A DNA stretch of 64,000 nucleotides from an uncultured Nitrospinota bacterium. GTDB lineage: Bacteria; Tectomicrobia; Entotheonellia; J063; CAVPRW01. Positions 52,848 to 63,205 of the stretch are shown piece by piece (the stretch's first letter is position 1; each line of letters begins with the position of its first letter). A program made the translations under genes and the position numbers. Location: positions 1-64,000 of the forward strand of contig CAVPRW010000031.1 of the NCBI GenBank assembly GCA_963707985.1, in the 5' to 3' direction. A model generated the notes under the pieces. The model was not told the origin of the DNA and did not search any database. It saw only the letters and a list, made by a program, of their open reading frames with translations.

Positions 52848-54570
52848 ATGACGGTCGGATATTTGGGTCCAGAAGGAACCTATACCGACGAAGCCGCCAA
52901 ACAGCTGTTTCCCGCGACTGCCCCGCCTGCCTCACCCATCCATCGACGCCGTCTTCGCTGCCGTCGCATCGCGTGCTATCAGCGCTGGGAGTGGTGCCGA
53001 TAGAGAGCCTGGTGCAGGGACCCGTGACGGAAACCTTGGACAACCTGTTTCGGTATGCCGGGCAGGTCACCATCGGCGACATGTTGGTGCTGCCGATCGA
53101 TCATGCCATTGGGGCGTTGGGGGGGCCGTCGGGCATCCACCGCATCCTGTCCAAGGACCAAGCGCTGCATCAGTGCTCGGAATATCTCGCGCATCAGTTT
53201 CCACAGGCGGTGTTGGTTGACACCCCCAGTACCACGGCTGCGATGGAGATGATCGTTCAACAGGGGTGGCGCGACGCTGCTGCTATCGGCAATGCTGCAG
53301 CCCTGCAACAGTATGGCCTGGAGGTACTCGCCCGGGGCATTGGGAATCCGCCTCAGAATAAGACGAAATTCGCGGTGCTTGGCGACCGCTTTCACGCGCC
53401 GACCGGCACTGACGCCACCTCATTCGTCATCTATCCCCATCGCGATCGCATCGGCCTGCTGGAAGACATCCTGCACTTCATTAGCCGTGATGGGGGGTTA
53501 AACCTCTCCTCGATTCATTCACGCCCCGACACCAAGGGGGGCTTTCGGTTTTATATCGAGGTCGAGGGCCATGCCGAAGATCTCGCCGTGGCCCGTTGCC
53601 TGGCGGCTATGGAACAATCCCTGGCGGCCGATGGCGTCGAAGTGCGGGTCTTTGGCGCGTATCCGCGGCGGATGTTCAACGAGCCGCGCCTCCATACCAT
53701 CGGCTTGATCGGCGGCACGGGGCTGATGGGAGGCTGGTTCAGGCCATTCTTCGAGAAGGCCGGTTACCAGGTTTTGATCAGCGGCCGCAGCTACACCCCT
53801 CACCTATCAAGAATGCATCGCGCAATCGGACGCGGTGATCATGAACGTCCCCATCAGCCACACCATCGAATTGATCCACAAATTGGGGCATTTCTTCCGG
53901 CCTGGGCAATTGATGGTTGATAATACCTCGATCAAAACGCAGCCGGTGGCGGCGATGCTGGAGGTGGCTCCGGAGGGGGTCGAGGTCCTCGGCATGCACA
54001 CGGTCTTTGGCCCGACGATTACCGAGTTGCGTCGCCAGAATGTGATTTTTACGTCTACTGCTGCAATCGGGAGAACTGGCCCAGGAATTCGAGGGAATTT
54101 TCTATAAGCATGGGGCGACGATTACGCATACCACCCCGGAGTATCACGATCGGCAGATGGCGTTTCATCAGAACCTTGAGCATTTTACCAAAGTCGTCCT
54201 GGCCGAGGTGTTGCGCGCGCAATTCGGCACTCCCGAGATGATGGCGAGCTATAGCTCACCGAACTCGCGCCTGTCGCTCATTACCATGGGTCGTGTCCTC
54301 AAGGGTGATCCCGAACTCTATGCTGAGATTCAGACGCAAAACCTCCAGGGGGCCAAAATGCTCCAGGAGTATCTGCGCATCGCTGGCGAGATCGGTCGCG
54401 CGTTGATCCAGGGGGATGCGAGCCACTTCGCGCAGGTGATGCGGCGTCGGCGGACGTGTTTGGGAGGGATTTTCTGGCCCATGCCGTTGACACCTCAAAT
54501 GCGATTCAGGAGGCAACCGCCATACCTCTCTCCCGCAATCTTCTGCCTTAAACCGCTGTCGATCCACTAG
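52848..54570 (+). CDS. Prephenate dehydratase-ACT fused to prephenate dehydrogenase; several frameshifts
   Basis: MTVGYLGPEGTYT, VPIES, NKTKF, IHSRP (PDT/ACT) continuing in frame into IGLIGGTGLMG; then DNTSIK, GMHTVFGP, HDRQMA (PDH). Confidence 0.8.
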
Positions 54571-54587
54571 TTCTGTCAGGAGGGACG

Positions 54588-54914
54588 ATGTCCGAGGCTG
54601 ATCAGCCCGTGCGTGACCTGGTGCGCCAGGCGCTGATCGAATGCGCAGGGAACTGGAACGCGGCCGAGCAACTGTGCTATCAGCGGCTGGCAGAAGACCC
54701 CGACCTGCACGAGCAGATCGCGCAGATCTGTGTGGAATGGGTCATCCGGAATGTCATCACGGCCGAGGGGCGTCGACAACAGCAGCAGGAGGCCAATCGG
54801 TTGCGGGAAGCGCGCGAGGCGGCGGAGCACGACCAGGAAATCAAACAAACCGTGGACGAGTTTCTTGAAAATCTCCGAGGCAAGCATAAGGAGAGATACC
54901 GATCATTCTCATGA
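54588..54914 (+). CDS. Hypothetical protein
   Basis: Strong RBS GGAGGG; 108-aa helical ORF. Confidence 0.55.
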   Translation: MSEADQPVRDLVRQALIECAGNWNAAEQLCYQRLAEDPDLHEQIAQICVEWVIRNVITAEGRRQQQQEANRLREAREAAEHDQEIKQTVDEFLENLRGKHKERYRSFS

Positions 54915-55280
54915 CCTATAAACTGTATCGAAGCGAGGTGAAGCCCTGTGGATCAGGTTTCTTCAAAGAGTCAACAACACGAGACTCTACCTCCGATAGT
55001 GACCCCTAGTTGTGTGATGGGCTTTTTCCCCTTCTGACCTGCCACGATCAAGAGTTTTTCCTCGAGACTACCCGGGCTATTGGCCATACTGGTGCTTGGG
55101 GTGTCACTGTTTGCCAAGCAGATTTATCATCGCCAGCATGCGAATAAGCTGTCATATGTCCCTAACACACTCCTGCGTCAGCATTTCCTTGAAGATGTCA
55201 AGGAGGCTTTTCGCCGAGAGACCGACCAACAAATGGCACAACACGATGCCAGCGATGAGTAGATCGCGGAGGTTCTGACT

Positions 55281-55772
55281 ATGGATCTACAACCACAGGA
55301 TAGATTATTCAACGAGAAGAGGGACTCCATCGCCCAGGCAATCCATGAAAAGTACCTCCGCAATCAGGAGGGGAGGAAGCCCTCTGACGATCCCGCCATG
55401 GCCTCCTGGGAGACACTCTCGGAGCCGTTGAAAGAGTCAAACCGCCAGCAGGCTGGCCAGATCATGGAGAAACTGAGGAGGATCGAGTGTGAAATCAGGC
55501 TCCCCATAAGTGGTCAGCCGGCGTCCTTCGAGTTCGAACCAGATGAAGAAGAAATCCTTGCAGAAATGGAACATGACCACTGGGTAGCCGAGCGACAGGT
55601 GGCAGGCTGGCGGCTGGGCCCGCGCGACCCCGAGAAGAAAATTAGCCCCTACCTCGTTGCCTGGAATAAGCTGGACGAACAAATAAAGGAGTATGATCGA
55701 GATGCCGTGCGCGGCATTCCGGGCATTCTGGCTGAGGTGGGGTTAGAGATATATCGGCCCCGCTCGACATAA
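55281..55772 (+). CDS. RyR-domain protein
   Basis: IHEKY..WETL...KESNR and LAEMEHDHW..ER..AGW..G..D...K.SPYLVAW..L....KEYDR. Confidence 0.8.
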   Translation: MDLQPQDRLFNEKRDSIAQAIHEKYLRNQEGRKPSDDPAMASWETLSEPLKESNRQQAGQIMEKLRRIECEIRLPISGQPASFEFEPDEEEILAEMEHDHWVAERQVAGWRLGPRDPEKKISPYLVAWNKLDEQIKEYDRDAVRGIPGILAEVGLEIYRPRST

Positions 55773-55901
55773 GAGGCAATGCTGAAAGCAGCTGGCTGGC
55801 GCGGTCGATGGTCATGCGAAAGCCCCTGCATATGCAGCCGCAGACACTTGATCAGTCCAGCGCTACTGCGGTGACCCACTCTTGCTCAGGGCTTACCAGC
55901 T

Positions 55902-58208
55902 TTACGCCACACCCCGCTGCATGGCCCGCCAGATCTTCTCAGCCGTGAGGGGTAAGTCCAGGTGGCGGATGCCCCAGGGGGTGAGCGCATCCATGACGGC
56001 ATTGGCGACGGCCACTGGCGCCGCCACGGTCGGCAGCTCCCCGATCCCCTTCACCCCAAGGGGATTCGTCGGCGACGGTGTCTGCCGGATATCCAGGTGG
56101 ATGACTGGAACGTCGTCGGCACTTGGGATGGCATAGTCCAACAAACTTCCGGTGAGCGGCTGGCCGTCGGCGCTATAGGTCATCGCCTCTGCTAATGCTG
56201 GGCCAATCCCCTGGGCGATGGCACCATGTACCTGCCCCGCCAACAGCGTGGGGTTGATCACCCGTCCACAGTCGTGCACCGCTGCATAGCGCAGAAACCG
56301 CACTTCTCCGGTGGCGCGATCGACTTCGATGACCGCGATATGGGCGGCAAACCCAAAAGGGTTCTCCGGTAGCAAAAAGCTGACCAGACATTCCAGCCCC
56401 GGTTCCATGCCAGGGGGTAACACTTCGGCCCGGTACGCGGCGGCAGCAACCTGTGAAAACGTCAGGGCCTGATCGGGATAGCGCTCGTCGAAGACACGTC
56501 CGCCCTGGAACACGATGGCTTCGGCTGGACACTCCAGAAAGCGGGCGGCGATACGTGCCATCTTCTGGCGCGCCTCCTGTAACCCTACGTACACCGCCGA
56601 GCCGCCAATGGTCAGGCCACGACTGGCGAAAGTGCCCTGGCCTGCCGGCAGCATGTCGGTATCCCCGTGTAACACCTGAACGTCTTCGACTTGCACCCCC
56701 AGCTCATCGGCGGCGATTTGGGCAAACGTGGTCTCGGTGCCCTGGCCGTGCGGCGATACCTCGGTGTACACCTTGATGTGGCCTGTGGGTTCGACACGGA
56801 TCCGGGCCTGACTGCTTTTCATCTCACCTCGACCACCCGAGGCTTTGACCACCGTAGCCACTCCGATGCCGATGCGCGGCTCCTGTCCGCCTCTGGCACG
56901 CTGCTGTTGACGGAAACTCTCATACTCCGCCAGCTCTAGCGCACGCTCGAACGCTGGTAAGAAATCTCCGGAGTCATAGAGGAGACCCGTTGCCGTTCGA
57001 TATGGGAAGTCTTGCGGCAGAATAAAGTTGCGCTTCCGCACCGCGCTCGGATCGAGGTTCAGCTCATGAGCGATCAGGTCGATGGTGCGCTCCATGAAGA
57101 AGGCGCCCTCCGGGCCTCCCGCACCGCGATAGGGTCCGGTGGGTGGCTTATTGGTCAGCACACCCAGGCACTCGACCGCCATGCTCGGAATGGCATAGGG
57201 TCCGGCGACCCGATGCGCGGCGTTGATCGGGGGCCCCGCGGTCGCAGTCAAGAAGTAGGCCCCCACATCGGCGACTATGTGGAAACGCATGCCCAGGATA
57301 GAGCCATCCCGTAGTACCGCCGCCTCCACCTCCGCAGCATAGCCGCGGCCGTGGTATGCGAGGAGATTCTCCCAACGGTCTTCGACCCATTTGATGGGGC
57401 GTCCCAGTTCCATGGCGAGGTAGCTAAGGGCGATATCCTCGGGCCAGGTCTCCACCTTCTGGCCGAAGCCGCCGCCGACGTCCGGGGCGATGACGCGTAG
57501 CTGGCTTGGCGGGCGCATCAGGAGCCGTTGCACCGAGTTTTTCAGCCGATGCGGCACCTGCGTCGAGGCCCATAGCGTTAGGAGGTCGGCCTCGGGCTGA
57601 TACTGTGCCAGCAGGCCCCGGCCCTCCATGGGGGCCGGGGAGAGACGTGGCACCTCATAGCGTCCGCGGACGATGGCATCGGCTTGGGCGAATGCGTCCG
57701 CCACATCCCCCCGCCCTTCGTGGATACGCATGGCGACATTGCTGCCAAACACCTCATGAATCGGGATGCCACCCCCTTGGGCCGCTTCCCAGGGGTCCAT
57801 GACGGGCGGCAGGGATTGATAATCCACCTCGATGTGGTCCAGGGCATCACGAGCGAGGTAGCGGTCATGCGCCACGGCAATCGCCACCGGCTGGCCCACA
57901 TAGCACACCTTCTCCCGCGCCAGCACCGGGTGCTCAGGGACCGAAACTCCCTCTAGCTCCGGTGTGGGCCGGGGTGGAATATCCCTAACCTTGCCGACGA
58001 GATCCTGAGCCGTCAGCACCTGCACGACGCCGGGCAGACGCCGCGCCGCCGCAGGGTCAAGGCGCCGAATGTGGGCATGCGCGTGGACACTACGCAGCAC
58101 CACCGCATACAGCATATCCGGCAGGTGCAGGTCATCGACGAAAGTGCCCTGGCCTGTCAGGAGCCGAGGGTCTTCGAAGCGTTTGATGGGTTGACCGACA
58201 TAGCTCAT
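55902..58208 (-). CDS. Xanthine dehydrogenase/CoxL-family molybdopterin-binding subunit
   Basis: VGQPIKRFEDPRLLTG, DVGGGFGQK, PYRGAG, SPHGQG, KGIGE. Confidence 0.92.
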   Translation of the reverse strand: MSYVGQPIKRFEDPRLLTGQGTFVDDLHLPDMLYAVVLRSVHAHAHIRRLDPAAARRLPGVVQVLTAQDLVGKVRDIPPRPTPELEGVSVPEHPVLAREKVCYVGQPVAIAVAHDRYLARDALDHIEVDYQSLPPVMDPWEAAQGGGIPIHEVFGSNVAMRIHEGRGDVADAFAQADAIVRGRYEVPRLSPAPMEGRGLLAQYQPEADLLTLWASTQVPHRLKNSVQRLLMRPPSQLRVIAPDVGGGFGQKVETWPEDIALSYLAMELGRPIKWVEDRWENLLAYHGRGYAAEVEAAVLRDGSILGMRFHIVADVGAYFLTATAGPPINAAHRVAGPYAIPSMAVECLGVLTNKPPTGPYRGAGGPEGAFFMERTIDLIAHELNLDPSAVRKRNFILPQDFPYRTATGLLYDSGDFLPAFERALELAEYESFRQQQRARGGQEPRIGIGVATVVKASGGRGEMKSSQARIRVEPTGHIKVYTEVSPHGQGTETTFAQIAADELGVQVEDVQVLHGDTDMLPAGQGTFASRGLTIGGSAVYVGLQEARQKMARIAARFLECPAEAIVFQGGRVFDERYPDQALTFSQVAAAAYRAEVLPPGMEPGLECLVSFLLPENPFGFAAHIAVIEVDRATGEVRFLRYAAVHDCGRVINPTLLAGQVHGAIAQGIGPALAEAMTYSADGQPLTGSLLDYAIPSADDVPVIHLDIRQTPSPTNPLGVKGIGELPTVAAPVAVANAVMDALTPWGIRHLDLPLTAEKIWRAMQRGVA

Positions 58209-58427
58209 CGTTCTGCGCTCCACCTGAGGTTGGCATGCCAGCGTCAATGCGCCAGCGTATGGTAGTCCGTGAGGGGTATGCAGGCAAGAAGAAAGCGTGT
58301 GGATGTGACTAAGCATATGGTTCGCAAAGGGAAGGGTCGCAAGACACATCTGGGCTTGACCCCTCTCGATGGCTCAGCTATCCTGCGCGGCATCCATCCG
58401 CCACCCCTTGGAAAGGAGACACAGGCT

Positions 58428-59177
58428 ATGGCCACGCTTGCGGATTATGCCGAAAAATACCAGACCATCCGTATGGAACGCCGCGACGGCATCCTACAGA
58501 TGACCTTCCATACGGACGGTCACACCCTGCAGTGGGGCGAGCTGCCGCATCGGGAATTTCCCCAGGCCTTTCACGATATCGCCACCGACCCCGACAACAA
58601 AGTGGTGATCATGACTGGGACGGGCGAAGGGTTCTCCGGCCCACGTGCCAGCCCGGACGCACGCCTCAGGCGATCGGCGGCGGCCTGGGATAAGACCTAC
58701 TGGGAAGGGAAGCATCTGCTATGGAACCTGCTGGACATCGAGGTGCCGATGATTAGCGCCATCAATGGCCCGGCACTGCGCCATTCCGAGTTGCCGTTGT
58801 TATGCGACATCGTTCTGGCTGCCGAGGAGACGACGTTCCAAGACTCGGCACATTTTACCAATGGGATGGTACCCGGCGACGGCATGCACATCCTCTATCC
58901 GCTGCTCATGGGGCTGAATCGGGGGCGCTACTTTCTCCTCACTGGCCAGATTCTCAGCGCTCGGCAGGCGCAGGAAGTCGGCCTGGTCAATGAGGTCCTA
59001 CCCCGCCAGGAGCTGCTGCCCCGCGCCTGGGCCCTGGCCGAACAGCTGGCGCAACGACCACCGCTGGTGTTGCGCTATAGTCGAGTGCTCCTGACGCAAT
59101 ACCTGAAGCGCCAGATGCACGATTTGCTAGGATACGGGTTAGCGCTGGAAGGGTTGGGGGTCGCGGCTGAATCGTAA
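58428..59177 (+). CDS. Enoyl-CoA hydratase/isomerase family protein
   Basis: VPMISAINGPA, LLCDIVLA, GLVNEV. Confidence 0.85.
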   Translation: MATLADYAEKYQTIRMERRDGILQMTFHTDGHTLQWGELPHREFPQAFHDIATDPDNKVVIMTGTGEGFSGPRASPDARLRRSAAAWDKTYWEGKHLLWNLLDIEVPMISAINGPALRHSELPLLCDIVLAAEETTFQDSAHFTNGMVPGDGMHILYPLLMGLNRGRYFLLTGQILSARQAQEVGLVNEVLPRQELLPRAWALAEQLAQRPPLVLRYSRVLLTQYLKRQMHDLLGYGLALEGLGVAAES

Positions 59178-59252
59178 GGCCATTCGCCGGGCTTGATTGA
59201 CCTCTTGGCGAGTGAGATCAGTCAGGACAATGTTCGGCTTGGAGGTGTGCTC

Positions 59253-60458
59253 ATGTTTCTGATGCGATTCACGGAACGTGCCTACGTCAACTATACCGAA
59301 GAAGATGTCAAAAATAGCTCTCGCAGCGCTGTGCGCTTGACCTTTTCCAACAGCCATTTCGACCCCCGCCTCGGGGCTGATCTGTATCACCAGTATCTGG
59401 ACGAATACGAGTACGCCGAAGCGATGGGGTTTGATGGATTGATGCTGAACGAACATCATAATACCCCCACCTGTATGGGCGCGGCCATGAACCTCGAGGC
59501 CGCCATCCTGGCCAGGACTACGCAGCGCGCCAAAATTGTGCTGCTGGGCAACCCGCTGCCGATCTTCGACAACCCAGTACGACTCGCCGAGGAATTGGCC
59601 GAGATCGACATGCTTTCCAGGGGTCGGCTGGTGTCGGGCTTCGTGCGCGGCACCGGGGTTGAGACCTGGGCCACCAACATCAACCCGGTGCATAACCGCG
59701 AGCGTTTCGAGGAGGCACACGACCTCATTCTCAAGACCTGGACGACACCGGGGCCATTTCGCTGGGAAGGCAAACATTACCACTTCCGGGTGGTCAACCC
59801 ATTTGAGCTGCCGTTGCAAAAGCCGCATCCACCGGTATGGATTCCCGGCACTGGAAGTCCGGAAACCTTGGTGTGGTGCGCCGAGCGCCACTATCCCTAT
59901 ATCTATCTCGAGACCGATGTCGAAGCCACCCAGGATATGATCGGGGTGTATGCCGAGACCGCACGTGTACACGGCTACGAGCCTGGGCCACAGCACTTTG
60001 GATACCTGGCGCGCATCCACGTCCAGGATACCGACGAGAAGGCCAGAGAGGTCGCACGAGGCTACCTCGTCGGCAATGTAGGTGTCGGGCGCATTCCCCT
60101 GCCGCCCCATTATATGAGCCCCCCAGGGTACAACAGCCGCGACGCGCGTTTCCGCAAGCTCAGCGAACGCATCCGTCGCGATCCATTGCGGGGCGGTGGT
60201 GTCGACACCGCGACCTATGAAGCCATCTTACAGGCCAACCGCATCATTGCCGGCAGCCCCGACACCGTCATCGAAAAGTTGCGCACGGTATTGTCGGCAG
60301 TGCGGCCGGGGATCCTTGGCGTGTGGACCAATGACGGCTCCATCAGTCATGAGGATAGCATGCGGTGCCTGACGTTGATGGGGCAGGAAGTCCTGCCTGC
60401 ACTGCGGGACATCGCCAAAGAACTGGAGCTTACGGACCCCTTCCAGACACCACCCTAG
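59253..60458 (+). CDS. LLM-class flavin-dependent oxidoreductase
   Basis: GFDGLMLNEHH, PVRLAEELAEIDMLSRGR, LQKPHPP. Confidence 0.9.
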   Translation: MFLMRFTERAYVNYTEEDVKNSSRSAVRLTFSNSHFDPRLGADLYHQYLDEYEYAEAMGFDGLMLNEHHNTPTCMGAAMNLEAAILARTTQRAKIVLLGNPLPIFDNPVRLAEELAEIDMLSRGRLVSGFVRGTGVETWATNINPVHNRERFEEAHDLILKTWTTPGPFRWEGKHYHFRVVNPFELPLQKPHPPVWIPGTGSPETLVWCAERHYPYIYLETDVEATQDMIGVYAETARVHGYEPGPQHFGYLARIHVQDTDEKAREVARGYLVGNVGVGRIPLPPHYMSPPGYNSRDARFRKLSERIRRDPLRGGGVDTATYEAILQANRIIAGSPDTVIEKLRTVLSAVRPGILGVWTNDGSISHEDSMRCLTLMGQEVLPALRDIAKELELTDPFQTPP

Positions 60459-60560
60459 CGGGCAGCGGTGTAGGAGCCACATGAGCCCGATGCGAACCAA
60501 CATGATCGTTGTGTATGGTCGCCAGCGGGCACCTATGGCTCCAGCACGGGGGATCCGTGG

Positions 60561-60755
60561 TTAGGACGGACGCCGGGGCCAAAAGAAAAACGCCAGGAAC
60601 GCCGCGAGGACTCCCACAACTGCCATGGTGCCGATGAGATCGCCGAGTGTCCATTGGCCGCGATAAGCGGTGCTGCGCGCTGCCCATGCCACTCTGGTCA
60701 GGACTAGCGGGCTGCCAAGAGCCCAGAGCCGCCGGATTGTAGGATAACGAGGCAT
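60561..60755 (-). CDS. Small membrane protein
   Basis: RBS GGAGGG; signal-like start and a C-terminal TM followed by WPRR. Confidence 0.5.
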   Translation of the reverse strand: MPRYPTIRRLWALGSPLVLTRVAWAARSTAYRGQWTLGDLIGTMAVVGVLAAFLAFFFWPRRPS

Positions 60756-61189
60756 CGTCCACCCTCCTTTGAGGTACGCTCTCATTTCTCAAGTATGCGC
60801 ACCTCATGTTCCTGGATTCTACCCGACCCTGGTTGGTAGCACAACCAACATTCATGTCCCTTGCCTCCTTCTGCATACACAGCAGGAATATACGCCTCTG
60901 CCAAGCCCAGCATTTTCCTGCGCGTCAGAGCTGTGAGCCAGAGCAACATCAGGCGCCCTCGTATGAAACGATTCAGCATGCTGGCAACTGTTGACTACGA
61001 AGCGAATTGCTGCTGACGTGTTGCTCTGGCAACAATCTCGTCAATGGTCTATCCAGGCCTTCCCTCACCTCACGGCTCCGACCCTTTCCCACCAAGGGTT
61101 GTCGGCATCCCACCCTACGTGAGTGGGATGGCATCGGTTGTGCTCCTTCTCAATGTCCCATTGGGCCTTTTGGGCCTTCGAAGCCGATG

Positions 61190-62124
61190 GGGTTCCACTT
61201 ACACCATAGCGTCCAGTTCCACGATGGGAGTGAGGTCGATGCCGCGGCGGTACGTTTCAGCTTCGAGCGCCTGCTCACTATCGGGAAAGGTCCTGCCGGG
61301 GTCTTCAAACGCATGGGGCTGACCAGTGATCATGTCCGGGTGGTCGACCCCCACACGGTAGAGGTGCGGCTCGGTCGGCCCTATGGATCATTTCTGGCCG
61401 CTATCCCCACAATGTGTATCGTCAACCCAGCGGTAATCAAAGCTCATGAAGAAAATGACGACTGGGCGGAGAAATGGTTGGTGCGGAATGAGGCGGGCTC
61501 CGGCGCTTTCTCGCTGGTCAAATACGATACGGCGACAGGATTCGTCATGGCGCGGTTTCCTGGCCATTGGCGGGGCTGGCGTGAGAAATATGTCGATGAA
61601 GTGGAAATCCGCCTGATCCGCGAGACGTCGAGTCGGGTATTGGCCCTGATGAAGGGCGATATTCACTCAGCAGATACCAACTTACCACCCGACCAACTGG
61701 AGAAGCTGGAAAGGAATCCACGCCTCAAAGTGACTTCCCACGAGTCGATGTCTCCATTCTACATCCGCATGCACAATCAGCGCGAGCCTTTCACCGATAT
61801 CAACGTCCGGAAGGCCTTCAACCACGCCTCAACTATGACAGCTTCATCAAGGATATGCTCAAGGGCCGGGTGGTACGCAACCCTGGGCCCACACCACGCC
61901 CGCTGTGGGGCTATCCGGAAGACGTCACCTGCTTATGACTACGACCTGGACAAAGCCGGCTCTACGAGGAGGCCTACCGATTGGTAGTGGCAGACGCGGC
62001 AGATATCTGGATCTATAACACCGTTGAGCTCGTGCCGGTGGCCAAAAGCGTTCATGGCTTCCAGTTTTCAGCGGTGGGTTCGGGGCAGGAGTTCTGGCCT
62101 ATCTTCATGGAGGCACGCGCTTAA
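61190..62124 (+). pseudogene. Truncated, internally deleted peptide ABC substrate-binding protein
   Basis: FHDGSEVDAAAVRFSFER, AGSGAF and PFTDINVRKAF present; N-terminus and much of the C-terminal lobe missing. Confidence 0.7.
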
Positions 62125-62197
62125 AGCGGGAGCGCTGATGTGCCATCCGCACGCTGCCCTCGCGCCACGGCAAGGCACACCATAGGGAGCCGCATCA

Positions 62198-63205
62198 ATG
62201 AAGCTTCTCGCCTATCTTGGACAACGCCTGATCACCATGATTCCGACCATGATCGGGCTCGTCATCTTGACATTTTTCCTGGCAAGGGTGGTGCCGGCTG
62301 ATCCAGTCGCCTTGATCGCCGGCGAGGGTGCCACCCGGGGGCAGATCGACGCCCTGCGGCAACGTTACGGCTTCGATCAGCCCCTGTATGTGCAACTGGG
62401 TATGTACCTCAAACAACTAGCTCTGGGTGACCTCGGTACCAGTCTGTATACCGGACGCCCCGTGCTCAGCGACCTGGTCGAGCGCTTTCCGGCCACGATA
62501 GAGCTGACGCTGATGTCGATCGCACTGGCAACCCTGCTCGGCATCCCGCTCGGCGTGCTTTCTGCGCTCAGGCGGAATTCGTGGTTGGACCACTTCCTGC
62601 GGACCTTTACTACAGCGGGGTTGGCTCTGACCGGATTTTGGCTGGGGATCATGCTGCAACTCCTCTTCAGCATGGATCTGGACTTACTGCCGCTGGGCGG
62701 GCGCATCGGCGTCCCCGAGCCCCACCACATCACCGGTCTGTTCATTGTCGATTCGATCCTGACCCTCAATGGCACAGCCCTGGCCAGTTCCTTAATGCAT
62801 ATCACATTGCCGGCCATGACCCTGGTCTATCCGGCCTTTGCAACCATCACTCGCTTTACCAGATCCGGGGTCTTGGACGTCATGCAACGAGATTTTATCC
62901 TCTATGAAAGGGCCATGGGCCTGCCGCGACTCTTGATCATCTTCAAGTATCTGCTCCGCAATGCTGTGACGTCGACCGTGGCCCAGATCGGTCTGTTGTT
63001 CGGCAGTCTCTTGGCAGGAGCCGTGGTCATCGAGCGAGTCTATGACTGGCCAGGATTGGGATTATACGCCGTGGAGTCGATCGTGAACTTCGATTATCAG
63101 GCCACATTGGGCATCACCTTGTGGGCCGGAGTGGCTTTCAGCCTGGCGAATCTGTTGGTGGACATCGTACAGGCCCTGATCGATCCACGGGTGGTGCAAC
63201 GATGA
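62198..63205 (+). CDS. Peptide ABC permease (DppB-like)
   Basis: PADP, GDLGTS, RFPATIEL, RAMGL..LLRNA, IDPRV. Confidence 0.92.
   Translation: MKLLAYLGQRLITMIPTMIGLVILTFFLARVVPADPVALIAGEGATRGQIDALRQRYGFDQPLYVQLGMYLKQLALGDLGTSLYTGRPVLSDLVERFPATIELTLMSIALATLLGIPLGVLSALRRNSWLDHFLRTFTTAGLALTGFWLGIMLQLLFSMDLDLLPLGGRIGVPEPHHITGLFIVDSILTLNGTALASSLMHITLPAMTLVYPAFATITRFTRSGVLDVMQRDFILYERAMGLPRLLIIFKYLLRNAVTSTVAQIGLLFGSLLAGAVVIERVYDWPGLGLYAVESIVNFDYQATLGITLWAGVAFSLANLLVDIVQALIDPRVVQR

Noticed and set aside
55902..58208. True (form I) CO dehydrogenase CoxL
   Set aside because: The active-site loop is PYRGAG rather than AYxCSFR, and no coxM/coxS genes are adjacent.
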